Part shown: positions 10,419-23,512 of the stretch, one piece after another
How the letters are laid out: each line of letters opens with the position of its first letter
Numbering within the stretch: position 1 is the first letter of the stretch
From: Monocercomonoides exilis PA203
Lineage: Eukaryota > Protista > Preaxostyla
Direction: 5' to 3'
Length of the DNA: 64,000 bases
NCBI GenBank assembly: GCA_001643675.2
Contig: LSRY02000055.1
Coordinates: forward strand, 1 to 64,000
The notes under the pieces: generated by a model
Told to the model about the DNA's origin: nothing
Seen by the model: only the letters and a program-made list of their open reading frames with translations
The model's database searches: none
Translations under genes and position numbers: made by a program

Positions 10419-12321
10419 TCAATATAAATGCGAAAGATCATTTCATTGGAAATGAAATTCATTTTCTGAATTTCAACAAATCAACATTTCACTTCTTGTC
10501 TGAATAAAAACATTTGTCGTTCATGAGACAAAATGTTTGATGTTAGAATGTTCTTTCTTTCTTTCTTGAATAGATTTTCGATCTTTCGATGAACATTTGG
10601 ACATTCTTCAAAAAACATTCATTTTTGAGCTTTTCCTTTTGCTTTTTCATTGCTTTGATGTTTTCTTTCCAAATGTGAAAATCATTTCATTTTTTGTATT
10701 TTTAATTTTCTTAGATCTGTCAAAACAGTCCATTCTATTTTCTATAAAAATGTGCTTATTGGTAAGTTTATTGATTCAGATGAGTCTTTATTTTTTTCCA
10801 TTCATTTCCATTTCACAATATAAACTGATATCGTAAGTTCGATTTTTTCTTTCAAAAAAACAGTCAAGAAATCAGAAGAAATAAAAGAAGAAAGTTGAGA
10901 GGTTGAGAATTAATAAGGATTAACAATCTTTTTCAAACTGTAATTTTGAGTTTTGGACAAGGTTTATGAGAAAGAAGCAGGAGCAACAAAAGAGTCAGTT
11001 GCCTTTTCGGTTGAAATTATGAGCATGGTCTTAAACTCCAGATTTCATCAAAATAGCAGGAAAAAATTGAAAGATAGAAGATTATTTGAATAAATGGATG
11101 GAACCAAAAGTGGTTGAGTAATCTTCACTTTTAATCCTTGTAGATAACTGAATTCACAATCATTCTCAAATTGTGTGCAGAACTTTAATGCTCGAACAGA
11201 GTTCTTTCAGCAATTCGTATCATGCATTTTATTGATTTCGCTCTTTCTTGTTTCAGATCGTAAAACATCTGTTGATCGCTCAGCCATAAAACGGATTCGG
11301 CAAGCTTATTTTCAGTGAAAGAGAAAAAATTGTGTTTGCAAAGAAAGAGAAGATGTTCCAAAAGCATCCTACGAAGAGAAAGACGAACAAAACGAAGAAA
11401 TTGATTTCAAAATTGATTTTTCTGTTTTATTACTTCCCGCGCTTTTAGCATTTTTTAATTTGAAAATCAATCCGTGTTTTGTAATTTGCCTTTTTAACAT
11501 CTCGACGTTCAAAACTCGAAATCTTCATCGATTCATTGACAGTTTCCACAATTATCTTTCACCGTATTCCTCATTTGTCAGAAGAACGCATTTCCATTGT
11601 ACGATAAAACAGCAGAAAAACGATTATTCAATGTGTCAGACCACAATCAGGAATTAATTTCCTGAGCAAGTGAAGATCCTTCCATGAATAAAGCCGTGTT
11701 AACGGATGAAAGGCGGCTGAAGTTCAAAAACGTGAGACGTCTTATTTGAAGACAATGGAAGCTGTGTGAATATTGAAGAGTTGCTCGAAAATTGAGGAAT
11801 GAAGCTTTGCGATTTTAAAAATTGGTTAAAGAATGAATGGAAGAGGAGATGAGAATGAATAATGACATGAATTTACTTTTGTTCGAAATGAAGACCCCGA
11901 AGTATTCGAGCGGAAAGGCATCAAAAATCTGATAAATCTGTTCATTTGGCGAGAAAATTGAAAAAGAGATTGCTTCTATCAGCTCAAAAATTATAGAATT
12001 CGGATATTTCTCTTTCGTATTTAGTATTCCCATTGGCTTCTCTGTTAATAACTTTCCAAAGAAAACACTTTTTGCAACATTACCGTTTTAAATACGTATA
12101 ACCTGCTTCTTTTTCCTCTTCCTCTTCTTCTTCTTTCATCCCAATAAACAAAAAATGAAATTGCTGCTTTCTTTGTCTTCAATGCATCAATAACTTAAGC
12201 TTACTGAAAACGCTCAAACACACTGCAACATAATTTCTGCAAGGCAACTTTTCTGGATCAGATTGTATTTTTGTCCAACGAAAATTAATTCACATATTTA
12301 TAAAAATAGTTTACTCAGATT

Positions 12322-15300
12322 ATGATTGAAGCACATGCCCACACGGCTGTTGTAGATGTGCACCACCACAGCACGGAAAAGGCGATTCTGTGGAAAGAGC
12401 TGTCTTTGAACCAGCTGAGCTACGCGTTTACCCGCGAGCTAACACCAGCTGATGAGACATTCAACCACTACGATGGCCTGCTCTACACAGAGGCTGGCAT
12501 GAGCTTGCTGCAGAATTGACTACGCCTGCCATTCTATTTGGGTGCTGCTCCTGTGGGAAGAAAGTCGTTTTGAAGATTGCATTCCAGATGCTGAATCAAT
12601 ACGAAGCGCGTTTTAAGTTTGAGAGAGGGAGAAAAGAAGAAGCTACTGAAATATACTTTCTGGAGCAGGTGCCCATCGGAGAGGTGGATGCACTTTTGCA
12701 GTCGATTGTGCTGCGGAACGAAGGAGGGACGAGCATCGACAACAGACTGGACCTGTCTGATGTGGAGCGGCTGAATGCGTCTGCGACTTATTTCCCTCTG
12801 TTTGAGTGTTCTATCACGAGAGGGATTGTACCTGCTATGAAAAGCAGGCAATATATTGGTGCTTCCATTCGCTGATGAAAATAGGTTATTTTGTGAGGAT
12901 TCCAATCAAGCTGGAAAGCAGAAACAGTTCAATGAATGAGATGAACGAGAATGTTGGAGGAGGCTCAGGGGAAGAGGAAGAAGCAACGAAATGGAAAGCA
13001 TCGTAGGCACATGGAGCCAGTGCTGCAAGCGCTGTTGGCAAACAACGACTTTATCGCAAAGGAAGGAGCAGAGCTGCTTGTGAATGAGAAAAAGACAAAG
13101 ATTTCCCTCACAACAGGGAAAAATCAGAAGGCTTCCTCCTCCTCCTTCTTCTTATCCTGTGCCATCTCAGTCTTCCTCTTCCTCCTCTCTGGAAATTTCC
13201 CCGCATCAGCCAAGCATCCGCAAACAGCCACCGAGAGTGAGTGTCATTGAGCGCATGACGAAGTCGCAGGGCATTCAAATAGCCTCTCGACTTGTGCAGT
13301 TCCGCCCTGCCCTGGAAAAAGAGAGAAACGAAGAGAACCAGTTTCTGTTGGCGATGGCGAAGCAGCCTGTTGATCCGCTTATAGCAGCTGATGCTTCAAC
13401 ATTGCAGTTGCGAACATTGACCAGTCGCATTCAGCTCAATGAGACCACTAAGCAGGCGCTGGATATAGCAGGACAGATATAAAAGGAGCAGAAGATAAGG
13501 ATTTTGCAGAAGGAGAAGAAGAGAGAAGTGTTTGGGATAAACAACCTCATTCCAACGGCATCTGCCATGAAATGAACACCAATAGAGAACAAAAAGAGCC
13601 TGGTCCAACTGAGAGAGTCGCGAAACTTCAATACTGGAGGAAGAAGGATGACTGATGCAAATGTAGTAAGCGGAGCGAATGTGTCTCTTCCTCCGTTGTT
13701 GAATACGTTTTCTGGCTCTTCTTCTGGTTCTGGTTCAGTTTCAGTTCCATTGTATTCTCAGCAGGGAATAGCACAGCAGGTGTCTATACAATCATAGGGC
13801 ATTCAAAGAATTCAAAGGCTTATTCCAACAGGAGTAGTGAACAAGCAAGGCAGCGCAGTTCGTCCGCGTCCTTTGAGGATGCAAGAGTCAAATGAAGGAG
13901 GAAAAGCACATGAAGGGAGGATATCGTTGAAGAAGGAGAGGCTTTGCGAGTTGGATAGATTGCCGGATTTATATGGAGGGATGAGTGGAATGCTGGACGA
14001 GTGAGAGGAAGACGGAGAATGGGATGATGGTTTCATAAAGCCAGACCAGAAGATACTTTTGAGAGTGTCGTTCAAAAGTAGCTCGGCCAACAGGTTTTTG
14101 GAGCTGCATGGGGCTTCTTATCTTTTGCTAGTGTTTCTGTCTCAGCCACCGCTCAGTACTGACGGAAATAGAGAGATTCCTTTTGTTTATTCTCTCTTCT
14201 TCTTCTTCTTCTTCAAATTCTTCTTCTTCTTCTTCTTCTTCTTCTTCTTTATTGTCTTCTTCTTTTGCTTCTGCTTCTGCTTCTGCTTCTGCTTCTGCTT
14301 CTGCTTCTGCTTCTGCTTCTGCTTCACATATTTTTAACTCCTTGTCTGAGAATATCAATTCCATTTGTCTCTATCGCTCGAAAACAATGAGCTTTTGTTG
14401 CTAACCAATCTTTCAAATCGGAATATGGATGTGTTTGTGTAGCTGGTGGAGCTGCCAGCAGACGTGGTGGGGGACCTGAAAAAGCTTCTTGTTTCCAGGA
14501 CAGCGCTGCAGTAGCCTCTTCACTCAGCTCCTTCTTCTTCGTCGTCTTCTTCTACTGGAGCAGCATGCCGATCAACTTCGCCATTCAGGAGGCGGAGAAG
14601 CGAAGAGAAGAAGGAAGCAGGAGATGATCAGCCATCATCAGCACCTGTGATTGACCCTTCGGATGCTTCGGCAGTGGCAGCATCATTCACGTCGGCAGGA
14701 GCGATAGACGACTTAGAGAGGCGGCTGCGGATTGTGGTGCCAGAGGCAGCTGGGGTGTATGGGCTGCACATGCCGCTGTCGCTGCTGCTGCTGCTGTCGC
14801 CACGGGCGCTGCAGACGCTTCGAATGATTTGTTGTGGCTCGGCGGGCGGTGCTGTATGGGGGTGTTGTGTGCGCATACGACGTGGCGCTTTCAGCGATGC
14901 TTTTGGTTCCGCTGGTGGCGCAGCTTCCGTCGCTTGCAGCGTCTGCGAGAACGAAGCCAAAGGGAAAGCAAGCGGATCTTTGCAGTAGCAGATGTGAATG
15001 CGTTCCCGTCGATCTACGATCAGTTTGACCTTTCACTACAAATATGATTATCGCCGCAGTCGAGGCGTGTGGTGATGAAGCTGGACGAGGAAGTGATGAA
15101 GTGATGGGGCGAGGGGTTGCTGCGCGCGAAGTGGGTGAGATTGTGGAGAAGGGGCTGTCGGAGGCGGGGCTAAGAATGGAGGATGTGGTTCTGTCACCAG
15201 TAGCGATTGTACAGGTTGTGCTGGAGGAGCTAGAAGAATAATAATTCGAAGAAGCAGCAGAATAAGGGGAAGAAGAATGGGAAGAAGAAGGGGAAGAAGA

Positions 15301-15530
15301 AGGGGAAGAAGAAAAGGAAAATGAGGAAGATGAGGAAGATGAGGAAGATGAGGAAGATGAGGAAGATGAGGAAGATGAAGAAGATGGAGAAGATGGAGAA
15401 GGAAAAAGAGATAACAGAGGAAGAGCAGATACAGAATGCATATAAGCAACTTATGATTTCGTTGCATCGTTCAAACTTTGAAGAAATTAACAGAGATGCA
15501 TGTGGGAGATGGTTGGTAATATGCTTGTGA
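12322..15530 (+). pseudogene. Decayed, GC-richer coding region(s) of unknown product
   Basis: A chain of short same-strand ORFs (12322-12519, 12516-12875, 13084-13482, 15044-15241) linked by frameshifts and stops. Coding-like composition, with an intron-like low-complexity tract at ~14130-14440. Confidence 0.5.
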
Positions 15531-18500
15531 AGGCAAGAAAAAATGCATTGATAAAAATTAAATGCATTTCTGAAGAGAAGAGAAAGAAGTCGAGTTGCAC
15601 AGTTTTTGATTGCGAAAAGGGGGAAGACAGACGATTTTCACATTTTTGTTGAGGAGAATGAACAATTTTTGATGAGCGAAGGGGATTTTTAAAAACAGAC
15701 TTCATTGGAGCGGATGTTGGCTTTCCGGTGGATGTTGTATCTTCTTCAGGGAGGCATCGAGATTGCCTCACGAAACTGTTTCCTTCGATTCCGCATTAGC
15801 ATTGCCTCTTTGCACACAAGCGCTCTGTCTTCTTGTACCTCATCTTTTGTGTAATTGTTATGATCTGTAAAACTTCTGTCTTTTTTGAGTGCAACATGCT
15901 AATCAGTTTTCACAAATGAAGTCACGCACTCATTGAGAGAAAATCCTCTCTGTTGTCATCTGCTTCCCCTGAAATTGCATTAAATATTCTTCTCTTTCTC
16001 TTCCCCATTCCAACAAGCAGCTTTGTGATTGTTCTTTCCGTCTCATCAAAGTCTCTCTGAAATAGCTTAAATTACATTTCGTTTGAAGAAGAGAAAAAAA
16101 ACAATGAATCTGAAGAGATCGTCTTCAACATGTTCAAAATATCCTTCTTCATTTCTAAATCAAATTAACATTTTTAAATTCAACGGGGAAAATGCTGCTT
16201 CCGTTGAGCGAGCTCATCCAGTAGACACGCTATGACTGCTAACAACCATCTCTTCTGGTTCAGTTGCTTCACATATATTTGAGGCTTGTTCGTTTAGGTG
16301 GATCGAGTCATGCCAAATAGCAATGTCTCAAATGGATTGAACGCAATCGATACGGATGAAAGTGACAGATAAAATGCTTCTTATTCGGCTTTGATCGCCT
16401 ATCCAAATAAATTTTTACCAAAAATTGAAATTGCATTTTAGCTGAAATCAAAACTTGTTGTCTCCTTTATCGTTCCTGCTGGAATCTTAATATTAGCCGC
16501 TGAATCAACAATCTGCAGAGTGAGGCAGAGACTAATCGCGTTGCATTGCTGGGATTCATCTCATTTGCTCGTAAATGTATCTTTCTCATATGATTGTGTT
16601 TCAGAAGAAGAAACAAATCTGAATCTTCCACTGAGGCTTCAAAGATATTCGCTTTTATCTGCAATAAAAAACTGTATCTGGACTAACTCTATGTTCTATT
16701 TGCCTTGTGGAATAACAGTTTTGATCAATGCCATTTTGAAAAGAATTGCATCGTTGAATATTTTATTCTCCATTAAGGCATGTATTATTATCGAAAAATC
16801 AGAAAAATTTCAATGTTCCGTTGATACAGCAAGAAATTTGTATATAAACTGTTTCGCTTCCGAAAGCCAAATTGCAGTAACAAAATAGACAAATGGATAT
16901 AATTACTTGATCTGTGTAATTCCTATGCTTAATGGCGCTTCCTGTACAATAAGACGATCGATTTCAACGGCAGTTCTTTAAAAAATGAATTATTAAAGCA
17001 CCGATTTCGCTTTTGAGTTTCTGTAAAAGGGAGATCAACTGCTCCACTATCACTGCTAGAAGAACAGCTTGGAAAAGAAAAGTCGCCAATCTGTTGCTTT
17101 TCCACTTTCCAGACAAGAGGAAATAGTCTAACGATAGCACATCCGGTCTGTAATGATTGAATTTCTCAACTTGATCAGATTGTTGCAATCGGATGATAAT
17201 AAGAGGTTGGACGAATAAATATTCATTTTTTTGGATCAATTTCTTATCAGTGAAGGAGATTGACCAATTTTGTAAATGAAACTGAGACAGCGATTTTTGA
17301 AAAGAAGCAAAGGAATCCAGTGATACACTGAACTTTTCTGTCATTACCATAAATGATTATGACAAATGTTCATCTGCAAATATTTTCATTAGAATTTTAT
17401 AAAGGCATAATCTCTAAAATGCAATAATAATGATTGTAGTGTCTCTGGCTTCCATTTTTTCTCCAGCAAATATAATTTTCTCAAAAAAAGAATTGTTGTT
17501 TGTTTTAGAGGGAAACTGTGATTCATTTAAACTGTCTTGATCAAAATTAACACAATCATTATTATAAAAAATATTGAAGGGATATCTTTTCTTTTCAATT
17601 GTAAATTTCACACACATCTTATAATTTAAGTGTTGTTTCCAAAGGCAACGTAATTTAAACAATAAGCGCAATTTCATGATGAAAACATTTTTTTCAAATT
17701 GATCATAATATTTTGGGAAATAATATTTTCTGAAAAAAAATATATTTATTATTTACATTTTTCATGATGAAATTGTTGTTTTTTAAAACTTTCTTTTTGT
17801 ACGGAAAAAATGGTGCATATTTTTCTGTTTTCAATTGTTTGAAGTTTTAATATTAGAACTATAATGATTAATCAAAATAAAAAATTGACTAATTATATAA
17901 TAAATCATAAAAAAATTATCAAATATTCGATTTTTCAAATCCAAAAAATGTATTTTTTTTTCATTTGGTCAAAAAGTCTGGTGACAGAACTCTTTGACTG
18001 CTCCTGTTGTGTGTGAAAAAACGCAGAAAACAAATTTTCCAATAAAGATTGCAGTTGTTATTGAATGAATATGAATCCAAATGAAATTGTTCGAAAAACC
18101 AATGTGGCTCATTGGCATTTGTTTTATGAAACAAATATTTCAAATATTTCAAAGAAAAAAATGAATGATGATTAAAAATTCAAAGCGGATTTTCCAGTGC
18201 AACGCGTAAAACTTGTGAAAAACCTGACTAATATTTTTTGATGTGATAGTTAATTTTTACTGGACAAACTTTTTTTTGCATGAATATGAATGAATAGACA
18301 ATGCGCAAATTGGGAATAAATTTGTTCAAATAAGAACGGATGTGTTCTATTTTTCATTCGATCAAAATTTTCTTTTGTGTGTTGTCAATTACCAGTTTTT
18401 TGTGACAGTTGCATTGATTTGCCCTGATTGTGTTTTGAAAATAAGGGTGATTATTTTTGAAATCAAAACTTTTTTGGGAGTGATGATAAATCAAAGGTTT

Positions 18501-18800
18501 TATTTTTTTAAAGATTGTTTATTCATTCAAAAGAAAAAAAAGAATGATTGTTGTTCGATATGACAATGTTTGAGATTTTATTCATGAAAAAATTATCTTT
18601 GAAAAAAGAATTGATTTATCTGTATTCATAAATACATATTCAAATTGAATTTTCAAACAGAAATTTATGAATTGAAAAATATGGATTCAATAAGAATCAC
18701 ATATAATTATATATTTCTGATTGACACATGATTAAAATACTAAACATTTGAGTGTTTTAGAAAACAATGTGAAAATTATTTGTGTTTAATAAATTGCATA

Positions 18801-19286
18801 TGTCAAAATTTTTTTGAAAAGTTCTATTTGTTTTATTTTCAAATAAAATAAAAATTTCATATTTCGATCAAATTCCTGTTTTCACTTACGAAACCACACC
18901 AAAACGGATAAAATTACGTTGTCAAGGATTTGTTTCAATTACAGCAAAATTTGGTGAGTGAAAACAGAAATTTAATCGAACTATGAAATTTTTATTTTAT
19001 TTGAAAATTAAACAAATGGGTGATTCTTTTTGAAAAGTCACAAATGTTTAATTTTTAAATGAATCAAAAATTTCATATTTAGCTCTTATATTTATAAACA
19101 TTCAGGAAACTTCACTTGAATTCATGAAACTACATTATCCAATAATGGATTCCATGTTTGTGAAGTTTGGTTGATGTTATCAAAATTTTGAGCAAAATAT
19201 AAAATTTTTGATTCATTTAAAAATTAAACATTTGTGACTTTTCAAAAAGAATCACCCAAATGGTACTTTTTAAAAAAATTTTAACA
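18801..19286. mobile_element. MITE family A (242 bp net) interrupted by a family B copy
   Basis: Ends TGTCAAAATTTTTTTGAAAAGT / ACTTTTTAAAAAAATTTTAACA. Removing the 240-bp insert and its 4-bp TSD gives 242 bp, the length of the intact copy at 39141-39382. Confidence 0.8.
19018..19257. mobile_element. 240-bp MITE (family B), TSD AAAT
   Basis: Near-perfect TIR GGGTGATTCTTTTTGAAAAGTCACAAATGTTTAATTTTTAAATGAATCAAAAATTT, with AAAT duplicated on the flanks. Confidence 0.88.
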
Positions 19287-20366
19287 TATCGAAAAAATTT
19301 TCAACAGAATGTTTTTTGTGATAAACATATTGTGAATTTATTGAATCACATTGATTATTTGCTATGAAAATGGAATTGAAATTAATCAGTTGAAAATTTC
19401 AAAACTGTATTGGGTATTATTTTTGATTGCATATTTGAACTATCAAAATTCTCTGTTAGAGAATACAAATTGACTTCTAATTAATAAACACTGAACAGAA
19501 ATAACTTCATTCAAAATTATATTTTTTCATAAGAATAATATGAAAAATCGAAGTTTAAAATAAATTGTTGGTGTGAATTTATTTAATGAATGACGAATTC
19601 CTTTCCCTTGAAACAAAATCATCCAAAAATCAATACTTCAAAAAAAGTTATGATTTCAAAAATAATCGCTTTAATTGAACACAAAAAATGGATGAACAAA
19701 AAAAACATTTCATTCAATAAAAATGTAAATTAGTGATTAATTAAAGTTATAAACAAGTTCTCAAAACTGTAGCTTACACATTATTTTTTATTTTGTTATG
19801 CTTACAATAATGAATTCGTTAACAGTCGAATTAACAAGTATTATAATGAAATTTTGATCAATTACCAATTGCATGTGCAAAATCGCTTTGTCACTTTTTG
19901 GAATCATCAACGTAATATCATATCATTTCATTGAGATAAAACGGAAAGAATGAAACGAATGCATGCCTCGAATACTTTTCAAAAAATAAGAAAAGTGTCA
20001 AAGTTCATATTTTTCTCCTAATTTTTTACGGATTCGGAAATATCTTTTGATAAAACACATTGGAAGATGAAAATTGTCAGATTTGTTATTTAAATGAAAC
20101 TAGCTTTGAATCATCAGCCATGAAAATAACAAAATTTTAGTTATTAACAGAAATTTTTATTATGAATGTTCCAGATGAAAATGTGCATAATCTTTCCAAT
20201 GGAAAGACAAATACAAGAAAAGTGTGTCACAAATCCGGGACAATGCATAAATTGCAGCTTTCATTGAGCTTTTCGCTCATTTATTTTTTTCAAATTAAAT
20301 GAAGGAAGCGTTTGAAGTTATAAGAATTGCTTTTTTAATATTACAGTGTTCGTTAAAACACTTTGT

Positions 20367-20537
20367 CTTCTTCTTCTTCTTCTTCTTCTTCTTCTTCTTC
20401 TTCTTCTTCTTCTTCTTCTTCTTCTTCTTCTTCTTCTTCTTCTTCTTCTTCTTCTTCTTCTTCTTCTTCTTCTTCCTTTTTTTCTTCTTCTTCTTCTTCT
20501 TCTTCTTCTTCTTCTTCTTCTTCTTCTTCTTCTTCTT
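20367..20537. repeat. (TTC)n microsatellite
   Basis: About 170 bp of near-pure TTC. Confidence 0.97.
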
Positions 20538-20656
20538 TTAGGAAATAAAAACAATAATAATTATTCTTCAATTATTGTTTTCCTCCCAATTTGTGAAATA
20601 AATAAAAATTATAAAAGATAGCTTTTGAGTTTCAAAATCAAAAGAAAAGAATTTTG

Positions 20657-22122
20657 CTAAACATTCACAAAATAATCAGAAATATTTTTTGATAACCCTC
20701 TATAATATTTTTCATAAAGAAAAGAAATTACTCCATAAAAGCTGACAAAGCTGTCTTCGTATCCTTCTTCTTCCAGCTTTTCAAATATCTCCATTTTGAT
20801 TGCCTTTCTTTTCATTTCATCATTTTCACTTTTCTCCTTTCCTTTCAATCGCCTTGAAATGCTCTTATAGAAATGCAGGATTTTGTTTGCCATTTCGTCA
20901 ACAATTGTTGTCCCATGAATCTCCTCCAAAACAGCATCAATTGCTCCACCTTTCAGCAAATCATCAACTTTCACATCTTCAACATCTGAAGCAAGTTGAA
21001 GTAAATACATGCTTCTGTTGCAAATTTCTCCATTATTATCCTTACCTGCATAAAATACTTGAACAATCCTGTAAATTAGCCTTGAACAGTCTTCAATTCT
21101 CAATTGACAGCAGAAAATGAAATTCTTCAATGTTCGGCTCCATGAAATCAAAAGAATCTCTTCTTTCGTTTCTTTTCTTTTTCCATTTTCCTCTTCTTTT
21201 CTCTTCCAATCCATACATTTTGAAAGCTCTTCTAATTCTCTCTCTGCTTCTCTCACAAAATGCAGTTCTTTCGTAATCACTTCTTCCAAGCTTTTGTCAT
21301 TGGAAAAACTTTTAATCAAACAATCCCAAGCAGATAAATAGGCAACATGAGTCAAATTGCGATGTTCCTGATGATATTGGATTATCTCTTTGACCACATT
21401 CAAGTACAATCCTTGATCCATTTCCTTATTTAAAAAAAATGAGAGAAAAAATCCAAAAAGAAAGAAAAGAAAGAAAATAAATACACTCATACATTATATA
21501 GATAATTGATCAAGGCCAACAATGCTATTTCCACTTCTTTTTTGGTTTCTTCATTATCCTCTTTGTTCGATGCAGCTTTCAGAAGGCAAGGAACACAAAT
21601 TGATTCCAATTCATTAGAAGTATCATCATCTTTCAGTAAAACAAAGCATTCGCAAAGATCGACCAGAAAATTTTCATTCTTTTTTCCTTTCTTCTTCTCA
21701 TTTTCATAAATAATTATCTTCTCAAATCTTTTGTTCAGTGAAGAATATTTAAAGTCAAAGATCCAAATTCTTTTCAGCACATTGTAATATCCAGCATGCT
21801 TCAACAACAAAATTGCGTTTCTCCACGATAATGTCTTTTCTTCAATCATTTTGTCCATTTTATCAAACAGTTTTGTTCTGAAAATGGATATGAATTCTTG
21901 TTCATTCATTTCCTCAATCATTCCGTTCATTTCAAGGATTGTATGCTTTTGTTCAATTTCATTACAGTGTTCCAGCTTGCGAAGAAATTCTTCCAAAATT
22001 ATCGAAACATGTCAAATAAAGTTCTTTAAAACAATAGATTAAATTCACACACTTGAAAACCTGTCTGCAAGGGAAAGCTCCTGAACATTGTCAATGGATT
22101 TGTCTTCATAACATATTTCCAT
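20657..22122 (-). CDS. Lineage-expanded uncharacterised alpha-helical family protein, copy 1 (3 exons)
   Basis: ATG at 22122. Introns 21990-22052 and 21425-21492 (GT-AG) splice in frame. Family motifs EIIQYHQEHRNLT, KEVEIALLAL and KLEEEGYED are shared with copies 2 and 3. Confidence 0.85.
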
Positions 22123-23512
22123 TCTGTCTATTATTAGCAATGATCAATTTGCAGCAAAATTTCAAATGAAAAACAGAAAAACAAACAGAAAAACAAACAT
22201 TGTTGATAATTGACAAAATTAAAATATAATTGTCAAACTCGATTCTTTTGCTTAGTAAAAATGTATGTTAAAAAATAAATCACAAAGAAGCTAACGATAT
22301 AGGCTATTTTAAGCAAGCAAGAAAGAGTTTAATTTCTTTCTGATCGAATAAACAATAAATTATTTCAAGGATATGGATTGAATTTTGAATGAGATTTTGA
22401 ACATATTTTAAAATATCCAACATGTCTGGAATTGAATATTAAAAAAAAATATCTATTTTAACATTCTGAGTGGAACAAAGAAGGGGAAATTGGTGCTTTT
22501 TTGAACTTTTCGAAGAAGAGACAAAAAAGCAACATTTTGTTCATTGATCGTGTGTGTGCTTCAATGCCCCCTTTAAATTAAAACATATTTGTATTTCAAT
22601 TTTAGCACTCACATTTTGTTTCATCTGGAAGCTTTACTTCATCGAAATGATTTTTTCTGTTATTTCAGTGTATTTGCTGGTTTCCGTGAATGTTCCAAAT
22701 TTAATGTGTTGAGTATAGTTATAAGCAATCGGGATAATTTTATTATTTGTTCGTTTCTTGAGTGGGTCATCCAGGCTGAAGGAAGATTGTGAGGGAATCA
22801 TGCTTTCAACAATTCGCAGTTTTTTGAAACAAGGACGAATGTCGATTGAATGCCTTTGGAGCAACATCAAGGCAACAATGGGCAAAATTGTTAATTGACC
22901 ATTGAAAGAGATTCTTTTTTACAAAAGGCTTTGAAGCTGTTTGAACATGAAAGTATACGAGAAAACGAAGGAAGATTAATGAAATATGTTGAACCAAGTA
23001 CATGCTGAATTTTGAATTCATTTCAACACATTTATCGTTTGATGGTGATTTCCACTTGATGTGTATTTTTCCCTTCAAGCTGCTTGTTGCATTTTGTTGA
23101 AAGTCATCATTTTTGGTTGTTTTGATGGTTATTGTTGATTCACCGATTTCGGTGTGGATTTCGAGGCAAACCTTGAAGCCACATGGAAGAAGAAGAAACG
23201 AATCAAAAAGACAGAACAGATAACGATAGAAATGTTTGATCAAATTATGTGTGCAATTCGTTAGATGTTGCATTTGAACAATTTTTATTTTAATAAGAAA
23301 GAAAGAAAGAGATTATTAAAAAATTAAAATAAATCTAAATTTTTTGCAATGATAATTTCATGTTAACACTTTTTCTTTTTTCTTTTTCTTTTTTCCTTTT
23401 CTTTTATAATTTTTTGATTTTTTCTTTCTTTCTTTCTTTTTTTTCTTTTCTTTTCTTTTTTTTTTTTTGGAATTTCTTTATAACTTCACTCTAAAACTAA
23501 TTCTAACTGCAG

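Larger units (their letters stand above)
18430..19683. mobile_element. Old degenerate foldback/inverted-repeat element hosting nested MITEs
   Basis: GATTATTTTTGAAATCAAAACTTTTTTG (~18449) is the near reverse complement of CAAAAAAAGTTATGATTTCAAAAATAATC (~19639). A second matching inverted pair lies at ~18580 and ~19510. Confidence 0.5.

Noticed and set aside
12516-12875. ILFGCCSCGK as a P-loop (dynein-like AAA fragment)
   Set aside because: It is a single degenerate motif in a frameshifted region, which is not enough support.
20299-20621. Poly-F/R/L/E/S ORFs
   Set aside because: They are microsatellite translations.
22500-23280. Short minus-strand ORFs (83 and 155 aa)
   Set aside because: No recognisable motif or coherent gene model.
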